From Camelus dromedarius (lineage: Eukaryota): a DNA stretch of 64,000 nucleotides. A program made the translations under genes and the position numbers. Shown here piece after piece: positions 48,990 to 61,165 of the stretch (position 1 is the stretch's first letter; each line of letters begins with the position of its first letter). The notes under the pieces were generated by a model. It saw nothing but the letters and a program-made list of their open reading frames with translations. It did not search any database and was not told the DNA's origin. The DNA lies in the NCBI RefSeq assembly GCF_036321535.1, contig NC_087467.1, positions 19,034,001 through 19,098,000 on the forward strand. The letters run 5' to 3'.

Positions 48990-49500
48990 TCTATAGTCAA
49001 AATGGCCTTCAACAAAGCAAAGCTGATCACATAACTCCTCTGCATAAAAGCCTAATGATGTCACAATGCTCCTAGAACGAAGGTCAAAATACACAGGATG
49101 GACTCCAGGCCCTGCATGTCTGCCCAGGCTTCCACTCCAGTGCTATCTTAAATTATTCCTTTTTTGACTCTTTGCACTCCAATTACCCTGACTTATTTCC
49201 ATAAAAGCAACATGCTCCCTTCATAGACTCCAATCACAGGCATTGCTTATGCTGATCTCTCTCTCAGATGCGAATGTCTCACCCTCACCTTGCATGTCAC
49301 CTAGTTAATTTCATCTCATCCTGTAGCTTTCAGCTGAAGGACAGCCTCATAAAGGAAGTGTCCCCCACCCACCTCCCCTGCCAATCCAATTCAAGACTCT
49401 TCAAACAAATGTCGTAGATATTTATGTTCACCATTGTACCCCAACACCTAACATAGTACTTGGCACTCAAGAGACGCTCAATAAATAACTTTCCAAAAAG
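48990..49500 (+). mobile_element. L2 3' end
   Basis: cacctaacatagtacttggcactcaagagacgctcaataaata. Confidence 0.7.
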
Positions 49501-49989
49501 AGATTGAGGGCTAAGTTCTAGCCAGTCCTGGGTCAAGCTGAGGTTGGGAGCTGTGGCTGGCTATCTGGCCTGAACTCAGGTAGCCTGACTCTCCCCACAC
49601 GTGGCTCCACCAAGTGTCCAACCAGTCTACTCTTCAAGTCTGGCCATGCAGGAGGCTCTGTTTCCTTTTGCTTCACTTTGAATTGTAAACAAATACTGAG
49701 GAACTTTTCATAGAATAGCAATCAATCATTATCATTCTTTCTAATATGACAAAACTGTCTCATCACTTTTGTGTAACACCTTCTGTTCTTTGTCAAAATA
49801 TGTTGACATTTTATATAAAATGGCACGCATGTAATATCTGTTTACTGATTTTTTCATTCAACATAATATTACATATTTTCTTAAATGCTACATAGTCATT
49901 ACAGCTATCCTTTCACACGGCTACAAAATTAGTTCTTCCAAAACACTTATCAAGAGGGTGCATTGTGCCAAGCACCATGGAAACACCAT

Positions 49990-50600
49990 TTCATTCAATT
50001 TATATGAAAAAATATTGAACTAAGAGGTGGGGTAGAAATGGGAGCAGAAATAGGATCAAGAACAGCTTAGATTTTTAATTTCAAGGGAAAAATACATACA
50101 TGTGTGCCGATGAGGCTGATATAGTAGAAAGAGGTAAATTAATGATGCAGGAGAGAGATTTGCTAGAGGGACATCCCGGGGAATATTTAGCCCGTTGGAG
50201 GCAGAGCATGTAGGACAGCCCGGAAGGTGAGTAGCTGTAGTTGTGGGAGGGTGGGGGAGATTTCCTCGGATTGTCTTGGTTTTCTTAGTAACTGCAGAGA
50301 AACAGAAAGCAATGTGGGGGTGCCGAAGAAGGTGATGAAGGTTTGTGAAGAAAAGAAGAACAAAATGGCGGATGGGCCAGGAAAGTATTGTTTGATGCTG
50401 GAAGGACGAAAGTCCGATGGGAGGTTTGTGGCTTTGTGGTCATGAGAAGTGACACCACTCAGTGTGGTTGTGATTTTTTTTCTCCAGCCATTTTTAGCTG
50501 CATCAATGAAGGTGCAAAGTTGGTTCAAAATCAGCTTTAACCAGGGATGTGGTTTTGATGAGTTAGGATTACATAGTGACAAAGGAGCAAAGGAATCAAG
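49990..50600 (-). mobile_element. L2 relic
   Basis: Purine-rich L2 antisense-like tract; explains ORFs 50187-50582 and 50227-50445. Confidence 0.5.
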
Positions 50601-52249
50601 GAAATATCCACGGGAATGATTTTAATGATGTGTATTTATGACATACTCTCCTTCTCAAAGGGCTCACAGTCTGCTGAAGGAAAGATAAGGAATAATTACA
50701 TGGTGAAAAATATGAGAACAGAAGAATACACAGGATGCCATGAAAACACAAAGGAAGGATTTGATGTCCTATGTTTTACTAAACTGTGATAGACTATTGC
50801 TGTTAATTACAGAAAATGTCACAATAAACATTTTGGGATCTATAACACATTTTTAATAATACCTCTAGAAATAAGTCTGAATTCTTTCATTCTCTCCCTT
50901 ATTGGCTTAACTAATATTTGGGGGGTTTTTTCTATACCCAAATATTTTAGAGAATTGTGAGAAGGTTTAAAGTTTTAGGACTTGTGTTTGGACTTCTAAT
51001 GATACAATTATCTTATTTCTATAACTTTTTTTTCTAGATGACAGAGGTTTTCTAGGGATATTAGGGTCAAGCATAGCCATTTTACCCTGAATTTGGAATT
51101 ATCACTGTATAGGCCACCCAGCTTGAAAATGACCTTAGCCAAAGATAATTATCTCAAGAACCATGGTTTTCCTCTTTGTGTTCTCTTTTCTGAGGAGCTC
51201 TCACCAATAACAATATGAATTGTGTCCTTATAATTCATTAGAAATTTATTACACACTTGAACTCCAGCTGTGGGAAGTATCAAGTTCTTTAGCAGACAGA
51301 AGGCTTGTAAGGGGAAGTGATTCTTACATATCGTATGGCCGTATCCACTCAAGGTAACCTGTTATACACATTTTAAATGATTTCCTGTACTTGAGTTACC
51401 AATGGGACTAATGCCTTAATCAGTCTCGTACCTTCTGACTGCACTTCAGCATCGCGTGTGTCCACTGCAGTTTCACTGCAACCCTGTCAGTATCGGACGC
51501 TCTAAGAGTATTTTAAATAATATTTCCAATGCTTGTTGTTGAAAAATAGTTGGGAGTGGTACAGTAAAACTGCACTGCAAAATTGTCAGTGTCTTTTAAA
51601 CAGCAAGTGATTAAGTGGTCCTTAAAGTACTAAGCATGTATGCTTGAACTCCTTATCTTTAAATTACTTAAACTATCTATACAACTGGTGGGCTGTACCT
51701 CATAGACCAGGGAGAGAGAACAATAGCTTATTTCCATTTATACACAGAAAAGAAGCCCTACCTCTCCCTCTCCTGCCAAAAAGGAGAGAAACCTTTGCTC
51801 CTTGGAGACAGGATGCAAAGTATCCTAGGTTCTGACCTTAACCTTTTTAAATGTCAATAAAATCTATCCAGAAGCAAGAGAGCCTTCTGTGTCTAGGATT
51901 TTTTTTGACCTAGAAATGCCTCATGCATTTCAGCTTTGCCCCTTTTGGCATGTAAATGCCTGAGGAAATGGTGCTCCCAGCCTCCCTGAACCTTGGGGCC
52001 CCTGGAGCTGCCTCTGAGCTATAGCCTTCTGGCCCTCTCATGGAGATGAGAAAAGCTGTACTGTCCTTTCACAAACAGTAGTTAACTAGACAAATGGCTA
52101 CATACTTTTCTCCTGGTACAAGAAGAGTGAAATATTTCTAGAGGAAAGGAAAGCAAACATTCTTTATCATTCTATTCGCATTTCCCTGTGTCAGGAGACT
52201 AGACTTTTTACTGGAATACAGAGAAATCCAAGGAAACTTAACCTCCCCG

Positions 52250-52640
52250 TGGCATGTAAATTGCTTTCAGTAAAGCCAATTGGACAACAAAAAAGAAAAC
52301 AAAAAATAAACCATTGATACATGCAACAGCATTACGAATTTTGATGAATCTCAAAACATCATGTTGTGTGAAAGAAACTATACACAGAAGAATATGCACT
52401 GTAGGATCCCATATGTAGAAGAAGTTCAAGAATGGGCAAAACTTTGTTACTGTGATGAAAGTCACAAGAGTGTTTGCCTCTAGAGAAGTGAAGATAGAGT
52501 ATAAGGGTCACAAGGGAATCTCCTTTGGCATGAAGCTGTTCTATTTCTTGACTCAAGTGGTAGTTACACGTGTACACAGTTGACAAACCTCAAAAAACAA
52601 TACACTTAAATCTGGCACTTTACCGTTTATAAAATTCACC
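52250..52640 (+). mobile_element. Old L1M 3'UTR
   Basis: ccattgatacatgcaacagc...gatgaatctcaaaacatcatgttgtgtgaaagaa...ttcacctcaattttaaaa. Confidence 0.8.
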
Positions 52641-52712
52641 TCAATTTTAAAACAGTATGCTTCATATATATCCTTTCTTTGTATGCTGACTTACATTCAA
52701 ATTCTTAGTCTT

Positions 52713-52780
52713 GGGGGAGGGTATATATAGCTCAGTGGTAAAGCACATACTTAGCATGCACAAGGTCCTGGGTTCAAACC
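52713..52780 (+). mobile_element. Vic-1-like SINE head only (3' body and tail missing)
   Basis: gggggagggtatatatagctcagtggtaaag...cctgggttcaaacc, then abrupt switch to L1. Confidence 0.88.
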
Positions 52781-53280
52781 AAATCAGTAATAAGAAACAA
52801 TTCAAGAATGGTCAAAAGACGAGAACAGATGCTTCATCAGCAAAGAGATACAGATGGCCAACAAGCACATAAAGATAAACTCAGCATCATTAGTCATTAA
52901 GAAAATGCAAATTTAAACCATAATAAGATACCACTACACATCCAGTAGAAAGCCTAAAAGTCAAATACCAAGTGTTGGTGAGAAGGTGAAGCTACAGGAA
53001 CTTACCACTGCCATTTGGGCTGTAAATTGTTTTAACTATTTTGGAAGAGTTTGGCAGTTTATTAAAAAATTAAAGATACTCCTACCATATGACCCAGATA
53101 TTCCATTCCTAGACATTTACTCAGAGAAATAAAAGCATATGTCCACACAAAAATTTGAACATGATTGTTCAAGCAGTTTCATTTATAATAGCCCTAAACT
53201 GGAAGCAATCCAAATGTCTTTTAGCAGATGAACAGATAAGCAAATTACAGCATATTCCACACAGTGGGATATATTTAACC
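52781..53280 (+). mobile_element. Old L1 ORF2 3' fragment
   Basis: gatacagatggccaacaagcacataaag...cattagtcattaagaaaatgcaaatttaaacc...ccatatgacccag. Confidence 0.82.
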
Positions 53281-53336
53281 CTTTATTCCCTTTTATGCTA
53301 CTCCTAATCCATTTCCTTTCTTTCTGCTTTATTTTT

Positions 53337-53560
53337 TTTTATTGTAGTCAGTTACAATGTATCAACTTCTGGTGTACAGCACAATATCCCAGTCATACAT
53401 ATACATACATACATTCGTTTTCATATTCTTTTTCATTAAAGGTTATTACAAGATATCGAATATAGTTCCCTGTGCTATACAGAAGAAACTTGTTTTTTTT
53501 TAATCTTTTTTTATATATAGTGGCTAACATTCGAAAATCTCAAACTCCCAAATTTATCGC
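53337..53560 (-). mobile_element. Young 5'-truncated L1
   Basis: Matches the 3'UTR of the 12766 copy; TSD ttctgctttatttttt on both sides. Confidence 0.93.
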
Positions 53561-53949
53561 TTCTGCTTTATTTTTTTGTCTACATTGCTTTTTCACAGGC
53601 CAATATATGAGTCCATAATTGGAAAGGCAGAAACAATAAATGGATGCACAATTATATATATATAAAAAATGAGAAATGATTTTATTGATTCTAAATATAT
53701 CCATGCTCATTGTAGGAAAAAAATGAAACAGGAAATGAGCCAAGTGCGCATTATCAGCATAAGATCACAACTAAAAGAAGCTGCTGTTATTTGCATTTTA
53801 CACGATTCATTTTGATTATTCAACTTTGATTTCTGCTGTTGTATTTACTGTTAAATTTTAAGAATCATTAATATTATCTCAAAAATATTTCCCTTTTCAA
53901 TGCACCACCCTTTCTTCATCTAGATACTGGCAAAAGTGATAGTAAGGAG

Positions 53950-55500
53950 GGTCTCAAAGAGCCTCATCCAATTCTAATGAGATTACCACCCCCTTCCCTT
54001 ATGTACGCTCCCCAACTCACTGAAACCAACTGACCAGGAATCCAGCCCAGTAAATGGACTATAATTAGAATACATACCTTTCTATGAGAAACCCTCAAGA
54101 CATCTCACATCATGCCCTGTGTCTCTGCTAACCTCAGGCATCTCAATATGCTCAACTTTCATTTCTAGACACTTTCCCAGTTGACCTTAAACACTGTCCG
54201 GTCAGCTTGAACAACTCTCAGTCTGTCATCACCAAAACCCTCTACCTCCTCCTTCTCCTCTCTGGATCTGCTCCAAAGCTTCTTGCTTTAATTTAGCCTG
54301 GGGTCACGTCTGGAGACATAAAACTTCTCATGTATCACTTTCCAATAGAAGCTATTCTTTGCTCTGTTTTTTTATTCCACTTGGTACCAGACTTTAGGGT
54401 TTCAGAGCCACACCTGGACTATTTTTCCCTCTTTGCTCCCTAAAAGGAAGCCACCACCTCCACTGTGGCTTTTGCAGTAAGGTCTAGCACTCCACCCTCT
54501 CTGTACTGACCAAGCAGACCCTAAATACTGCCTGGCCATTCTACCTGTTCTTCAATTGTCAATCCACATTCCCGTTCTCCAAACAACTATTTAACATCTC
54601 AAGTCTCCAATATCCCCTCCCTTTCCCTACACTAAGCTGACAACCCTATTTCTTATCCCATAAAGAAGTAGAAACAATCAGAAGAGACAGTCATCCTTTT
54701 TCCCATCATAAAATTTACCAACCATATGGATGCATGTGTTCTGCCTTCCCTTCTGTTAGAACAGGTTAACTGTCTAGGACCCAGCCTAAGGTCAACCCCT
54801 AGGCTCTGCCCACCTCCTCTCACCTACTCAAGGACATCACTTTTGCAATTGCCCTCTCTTTCTAAAAATATAAAATTTCCCTCCTTAGAGCAGTCCTATC
54901 AACTAACATACTGCAATGTCATTTCTTATCAAACAAACAAAAAACTCTTCCTTGACTTATCATTACTTTCTACCCACTGATCTCCTTTATTAAAAAAAAC
55001 TCAGAGAAAGAGTTATTTAAATTTGTTTCCTCCAATTTTTCAGTCTTTCCTCCCCAAGCCATTCAAATTGGGTTTTGTAATCATCATTCTGAATGAACAG
55101 TTATGAATGAGGTCAACAGTGACCTCTACGTTGTCAAATTCAAGTCTCGATTCATGTATTACTCAACTTCTCAGCAGCATTAGAACTGGCTGGTTACTCC
55201 CTTCTCCTTGAAATCTTTTCTCTGCCTGAGTTCCTGAACTCTACAGTGACCTCCCACCTCAGCAGCTGCAGCCTCTGGTCTCCTTTTCTGGTTTCCATTG
55301 TCTCCTTAACTTTCTTACACTGAATTTTTCAGAGGTCAACTCTTGAACCTCTTCTTTATTCCACTCACTCCCTAGTTTATAGTGTTCAATGCCTCAGGCT
55401 TTGTGTACCAGGTCAATGACTCCCATGTATTTTATCTGTAGTTCTAACCTCTTGCCTAATCTCTAGATTCATGTATGTGTATTCCCAGGATGTAGAAAAT
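53950..55500 (+). mobile_element. Long L2 relic
   Basis: C/T-rich L2 ORF2-like tract, e.g. aggtcaacagtgacctctacgttgtcaaattcaag...ttactcccttctccttgaaatc. Confidence 0.65.
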
Positions 55501-55689
55501 GCCCATCCAATGATTGGTCCTTAATATTTGTTTGAGATATAAATCACAAATACCACTAAAATTTAAGTGTCATTTTCTATCACATGCAACTCTAAAATTC
55601 TCATATCTATGCTCAGTTGGGGAATTTATTCAGTTTCTAAATTTTGTGCAATAAATAATATTGGATTCCAATTGTCTCTACCAGCCAGG

Positions 55690-55860
55690 TGGCCATGGAC
55701 TTATCATCTTTTTATTCTTATGACTTCATCTCTTCTTAAGCTTTAGTCGCTTTATCTATATAATGGGGAGAACACTATTTCTCTCATACGGAAAGAACAC
55801 AGACTAAACAAAACGATGTATAGCACTTACTGTATACCTGACGTTGTTATTAACACTGTC
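55690..55860 (+). mobile_element. MIR
   Basis: ttatctatataatggggagaacactatttctctcatac...tagcacttactgtatacctgac. Confidence 0.6.
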
Positions 55861-57559
55861 TCTGCATGAATTCCTCAACACATCCCTGATTCTTACCTTG
55901 GTACGGACTCCTGGCATCTAATTACACAGTCAGTGTATATGAACATTTCCATTACTCTCAACAAATATTGATGAGTCGCTTTTCAGAAAGACTGTATGGA
56001 TTTATACTCCCACCAACAATGTATGGGGCTATCTGACACATAACCCTTTCACAGGAACTATTATCACTGTATATTAATTTAATTAGCAGTTTAATATAAA
56101 CACACACTTCTTTTTATTGAATGTACTCCTAAGTCATGGTGCCATCTTGTCATATGACTGAAGCTGATTTTCCCTTGGTTTCTCCATCTGTGAAATGGAG
56201 ACAAGTTTGTGGATTGGAAAGGAGATATATAATTGGACTAATCAAGAAGCTTAGTGCTTTTGAAAAGATAAGAAGCTCCAGGGCCATGTGATTGTACCAC
56301 ATGATCTATTCAGAATATCTCAATCAAAATCAAGTACGCGTTGAAAGAGAACTGTGAGAATAATTCTGCTGAGAAAGGCTGCCAGGAAGGCGGCCTTGCT
56401 TCCTTCGGAGCAGCTGGCTTGTCTGAATTGTCTGAGCTGCACACTAGCCTCGCAATTATGATGTGTGTGCTGATGCGCTTTCTTTTTACAAAATCATCTC
56501 CCTGTTCATCTGCTTAGTCATTAAGTTTTATGGTGGAAGTTGAATGTCTAATGAAACTGCAGATTTGAACTGTTTTATGGCCTCTAAGAAAATCTCATTT
56601 ACCACAGAGTAGCTATGAAAAGATGTGAATGACAGACGAAAGTGTACAGCATTCTTGTAAGTGGAAGAGGGAAGTTAGTTCCAAGGATACGCAGAGCAAC
56701 AAAGCTGGTATCCTTTTTCACCACTTCCTCCATCCTTTCATCTGTTCGTCCATTCGCTGCTCAACAGTCATTTATTCAACACCAACTGAACCACCCAGGC
56801 CATGGCTAGTTTTTGCAAAGACCCTATAGTGTAGATGGGGAAAGTGACAGGGCTACAGTCAGGACAGGGCAGTGTCAAAAGCACTACTTGTACCAGCACT
56901 TGTGTTTGGAAGTTATGCAGGGCACGGTAATTGTAGAGTGGGAATTCCCTAGCACAAGAATCAAAAGGAGCAAGAGACGGCAGGCAACACTTACGGACGT
57001 GAAGTTGTGTGTGGCACTAATCACACTCACTGGCTTCTAAACAGGATGGAGTAATAAATGGGTCAGCGAGCAGCCTGAAAGCCTAACGTCCGAGGCCAGT
57101 GCACATCACTGGAGCATCCATCTTAACAGGCTCTCTTTCTGTGCCTGTGTGCACGCATGTGTGTATGTTTCTACTGCTAACAAATGAAGACACAACTACA
57201 GACTAACAGGTTTGATCCTGGTCCTCAAAAAACTACTAAACAGCACAATTAACAAGGTGGCTGTGAGTGTGCAAAGTTAGGAAGGTAACATTTTGTCAGA
57301 GCAAATGTTTTGATTTTTTTCACACTATTACTTGGTTTTAGGAACATCATGAACAATGTGCACAAGGCTGTGTTGATTTCAACCAACTGTGTGACAGGGT
57401 ACTCGTGGAGGAAGGACAGACTTAGTTAGGGGAATTCTCCGCTTGTGACACCTGCACACAGTGAGGAAATCACTAGCAAGGGGACAGAGCGTCCAGTTGG
57501 CTCACAGGGCCCTTGGTCTTAGCTGATCATCATTTGCTCACAATTCCGATAAAATGAAT

Positions 57560-58057
57560 GGTAGCACAATCATGTGGAGGTTTCCCACATGCCCCTCCAA
57601 ATGCACTAACTACTGTTTCCACTTTTCTTCACAGCACACTGAGCCCTGGGAAGCTGACATGTAACGGCCACCTCAGTGCGCTCTCTTGCCCTCCGGCTTC
57701 CGGGTGGTATCAACTGATGGGAGGAAGCAGCAGGAAGACAAGAGTGTGGCTGAGGTGTTCGTTTTCCCACATCCCTGCCTGCAGGGTGAACCGGGGTTGG
57801 CTGTATTCCTCTGCCGAAGACCACAACTCCTGTGGGAGCTACCACTCCCCCAGTAACTGTTCCTTCACGTTGCCCGTACAAGCCCAGGAGTGGTGATGTC
57901 TTCAGCTCCCCCAGTGCTAGTCCAACAAACAATGTGATCCCTTGTGGGTTCCCCTCACCCGTGCCCTCATCTCTGTAAAACACCCCTTCATTAAACTCTT
58001 CTCAGACATTCCATTTAAGTGTGCCAACTGCTTCCAGCCAGGAACCCAGTCAATACG
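57560..58057 (+). mobile_element. LTR33-like (ERVL) solo LTR
   Basis: 3' end ccttcattaaactcttctcagac...aagtgtgccaactgcttccagccaggaacccagtcaatac. Confidence 0.72.
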
Positions 58058-58059
58058 AT

Positions 58060-58980
58060 CGTTCTCCGAAGCTCTTGTTCAGAAAATGTAGAGTCACCCT
58101 CAACTTCCTTTCTTCCTTGTATCCCACATATAACTGCTGTCAAGCTCTGTCTATTCCACCTGCTCCATGACATCAAATCCATTCTCTACTTTGCATGTCT
58201 GTGAGTACGGTTCTAGTTCACGTGAAACTTGACATTAAATGATACAACACACGCAGAAGCACCGGATAAATTATAAATGTCATTCCTGTATGTCTTCTGG
58301 GTGCTATTATTATCATTGCTACAGCCCCGGAACTCATCTCTCTTCCTTTTCCTACCTACTCCAGTGTATGCCATACACAGTCAAAGTTCCTTCTCTCTGG
58401 AACCTAAATCTAACTATATCACTTCTGTGCTCTACAGTCGATTCCTAGCTTTTTAGAGTAACCCTAAACTCTTGTCCTGCATTCAGGTCCCCAACAATCC
58501 GGCACTAGTACATATCCTTTCTGATCTGCTCTGCTCTATCCACGAGTCCTAAACTGCCTTGTACCTCTTTGCACTCCTCCCCCCAAAATAGCCTGGAACT
58601 TATCCACCTCTGTATCTGTGTTATATGATGTTTGCCTGTCCAGTAATATCATTGATACAGTGGCCCCATGTTGGTAAAACTCTATCTAGCATTTACGAAC
58701 TTTAATTTCACATGCCTCCTTCTCCACAATGTCTTCCCCTATCCCAGGAGAGAATGAAACTCTCTCTTTTCTGCACTCCCACTGACTCTGTTCAAGCTCT
58801 ACCTCCATATCCATCTCGCACATTGGGGTGTGGTTACCCATGTAAATATTTCTGCTGGGGCATTTCAAACTCCTTGTGAACAGAAATCACTTGGCCTTTC
58901 CTATTTATTTAATTTTCATCTATGCAGTGTCCAGCACATACTAACTGCTTAAAAACTGCTTAATGAATGCAAGCAAGTAA
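58060..58980 (+). mobile_element. L2 relic including 3' end
   Basis: ccatgacatcaaatccattctc...; gtccagcacatactaactgcttaaaaactgcttaatgaatg. Confidence 0.6.
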
Positions 58981-60149
58981 TGATATATGATTAGAAGGTA
59001 TTTCTGTCATACTAGATGTTTTCAAACAAAGCTATAATGCATAGTTCATATGAAGGTTGACAAAAGTCAAGTTTCAACATTATTTTGATAGAATAGCTAC
59101 AGTGGAAGTACAAAATGAATATTAAGGAGATAAAGTCAGGCTTCTAAATGCCAGTCTGGTGGGCTCCAGTTGGGCAGCAGTTAAAATTGTCCTCTTGGTT
59201 TTTTCACATGCTGTAGGAACAGTAAATGCAACCAAAATACATGAGCTTCATATCTAGTTTCAATAAATAATACCAATTTAGATTAAAAGTAATTTAGATT
59301 AAAAGTAATGAGAGAATTCAGATTATTCTGCACAGTTAAGACTGTATCCCAGGTAAGATGTCTGGTTGTAGGTTTTCAAAGACTTTTGACAAATCAGTGA
59401 GAATCTGTTAGCAAGTCATCACATGTTAACTGGAATACCTGCCCAGGAAGGAAGAAGATTTTGAAAATAAAGCAAATCAGCCTCTAACATGTGAGGCTGA
59501 ATAGTCTTTGTGTCTTTGTAGTCCCAGAGATTCAGAATTACAGCAAGTGAACAGAAGCTGCAGGTAGACCAAGTTCAGATGCATATAATAAAAAGCACAA
59601 TTATAATCATAACTGTTAATTTGTTATGAAATTCTAAACTCCTTGTTTCTAGGATTGTTTAAGTAGGAGCTGAAAAGCCCTGTGTTAGTGAAGAAGTAGA
59701 AGGAATTTTCACACTGACAAGGAAAGAAGGAAAAGACCACTTTCCAGAGCCATTCTCTGATTCATCTGCCACAAACACAACTTTCACCATCAGTGCCATT
59801 TTTATGAAACTGTACATGGCTCCACGTTTTCCACTGTGTCAAGCAGAAACTCGTCTGCCTGGTTCTCAATGGCCCACATCATCATCCCTACAGAATGAAT
59901 CACTTTTCCCACAAATTCACAACATGTATCTTTTAAAGTAGTAAGATCTGTCTCATGCTCACTAACATGCCAAGGTCTCGAGGTTAGTACTGGGAAAATA
60001 ACAGTAAGGTCTTTGAGGCTCGCTTTTCCTAAACACAATATTTACCAGGGTACAAGCTTCATCTTATTGTGGCTATACTACAAAGGACAACATTCTGTGC
60101 TAAGACTAGGGACTTCCCATAACCTACACCCTCCCCACTGTATCTTTTG

Positions 60150-60640
60150 GTCAACATCATTCATCACTCATGTAACAAATATTTATTTACATAAAGGTAC
60201 CATGTCAAAGATTGGGGTATAAAAATAAAACATGATTACATTTCTCATCATGCTTAGTTTTCATGGAAAAGACACACAGGAGAGTAAATCATTACAGTAC
60301 AACAATGGTAAGGGCTGGAGCAGAGAAGATAATATCCCTGAGGTCTGGGGTTGTTGGAAAGGGAAAGGGTCATCAAGGGTGTAAAAAGTAAAGTCAGTTT
60401 GGAGCTAAGAACAGAAGCGCAGCAGAAGTAAGCAGGGAAAGACGGTCCTGTGTGAGAAAACCAGAACTACTCCACAGATCTAAAGGCCCAGCACCTATTT
60501 TGGGTCTACAAGGAGTTTGGCACAGCTCCAGCTCTGTTGGAGGAGGTGACGGAGGACGAGTCTGCGAGGTGAACAGAGTTTAAATCTCAGGGACCTGCAG
60601 GGTTTGGTAAGGAGTTCAGACTTGATCTGAATTCTCCTCC
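60150..60640 (-). mobile_element. L2 relic
   Basis: cattcatcactcatgtaacaaatatttatttacat...gtgctaagactaggg; gtttggtaaggagttcagacttgatctg. Confidence 0.6.
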
Positions 60641-60844
60641 GCCATATAAGAAACAGGACTCAACCAGAGGAAAAGGAATCTGTGAGATGTTTTGTTTGGT
60701 TTTAACTTTAATTTCTTTAATTAAAACTTAATTTTCTTTGATTTAACTTTAATTTCTTTCCTTGCAATTATGGATTTTAGATGGAGGATGGGATGCATGG
60801 CTCCAGATGGAGCCCAGATATTCTGAATCCCAAGAGGTCAACAC

Positions 60845-61165
60845 CTGGCGGAAGGCAGCCTCCCCTGTGGCCGAGTAGCGCTCCAAAGGGCTGCACAGCG
60901 TCTTCTATTTCAAGTCCAAAGGGACCTGACTCAGAGAGGCTATATGAGGAGCAAAATCATTGTGGACAAGGACACTCAAGGGACACATAGCTGCAGACTT
61001 CACCAACTGAAACCAATTCTGGAGCCGCGGCGCGGGAGCTGTCTGCCGGCAGGAAGCTGGGTGCAGCAGCGCAGAGGCCGCTCGCGGACGGACACAGCTG
61101 TGCGCGCTTGTATTGCCAGCAAAGCAGGGACAAAAGAAACACTGTTCCCGCCGCCGCCGTAGAAT
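60845..61165. promoter_or_regulatory. Small CpG-dense cluster (candidate promoter/enhancer)
   Basis: 20 CpGs counted in about 320 bp, 16 of them in 61025-61160, against a CpG-depleted background; no repeat family recognised. Confidence 0.55.

Noticed and set aside
5930-52780. tRNA-Ala-like sequences as tRNA genes
   Set aside because: All carry the SINE body and AT-rich tail and/or TSDs; called SINEs, not tRNAs
59275-59306. Perfect 16-bp tandem duplication aatttagattaaaagt
   Set aside because: Simple slippage duplication with no evident function
59802-60038. Minus-strand ORF ending GMMMWAIENQADEFLLDTVENVEPCTVS*
   Set aside because: Weak acceptor, no partner exons and no recognisable homology
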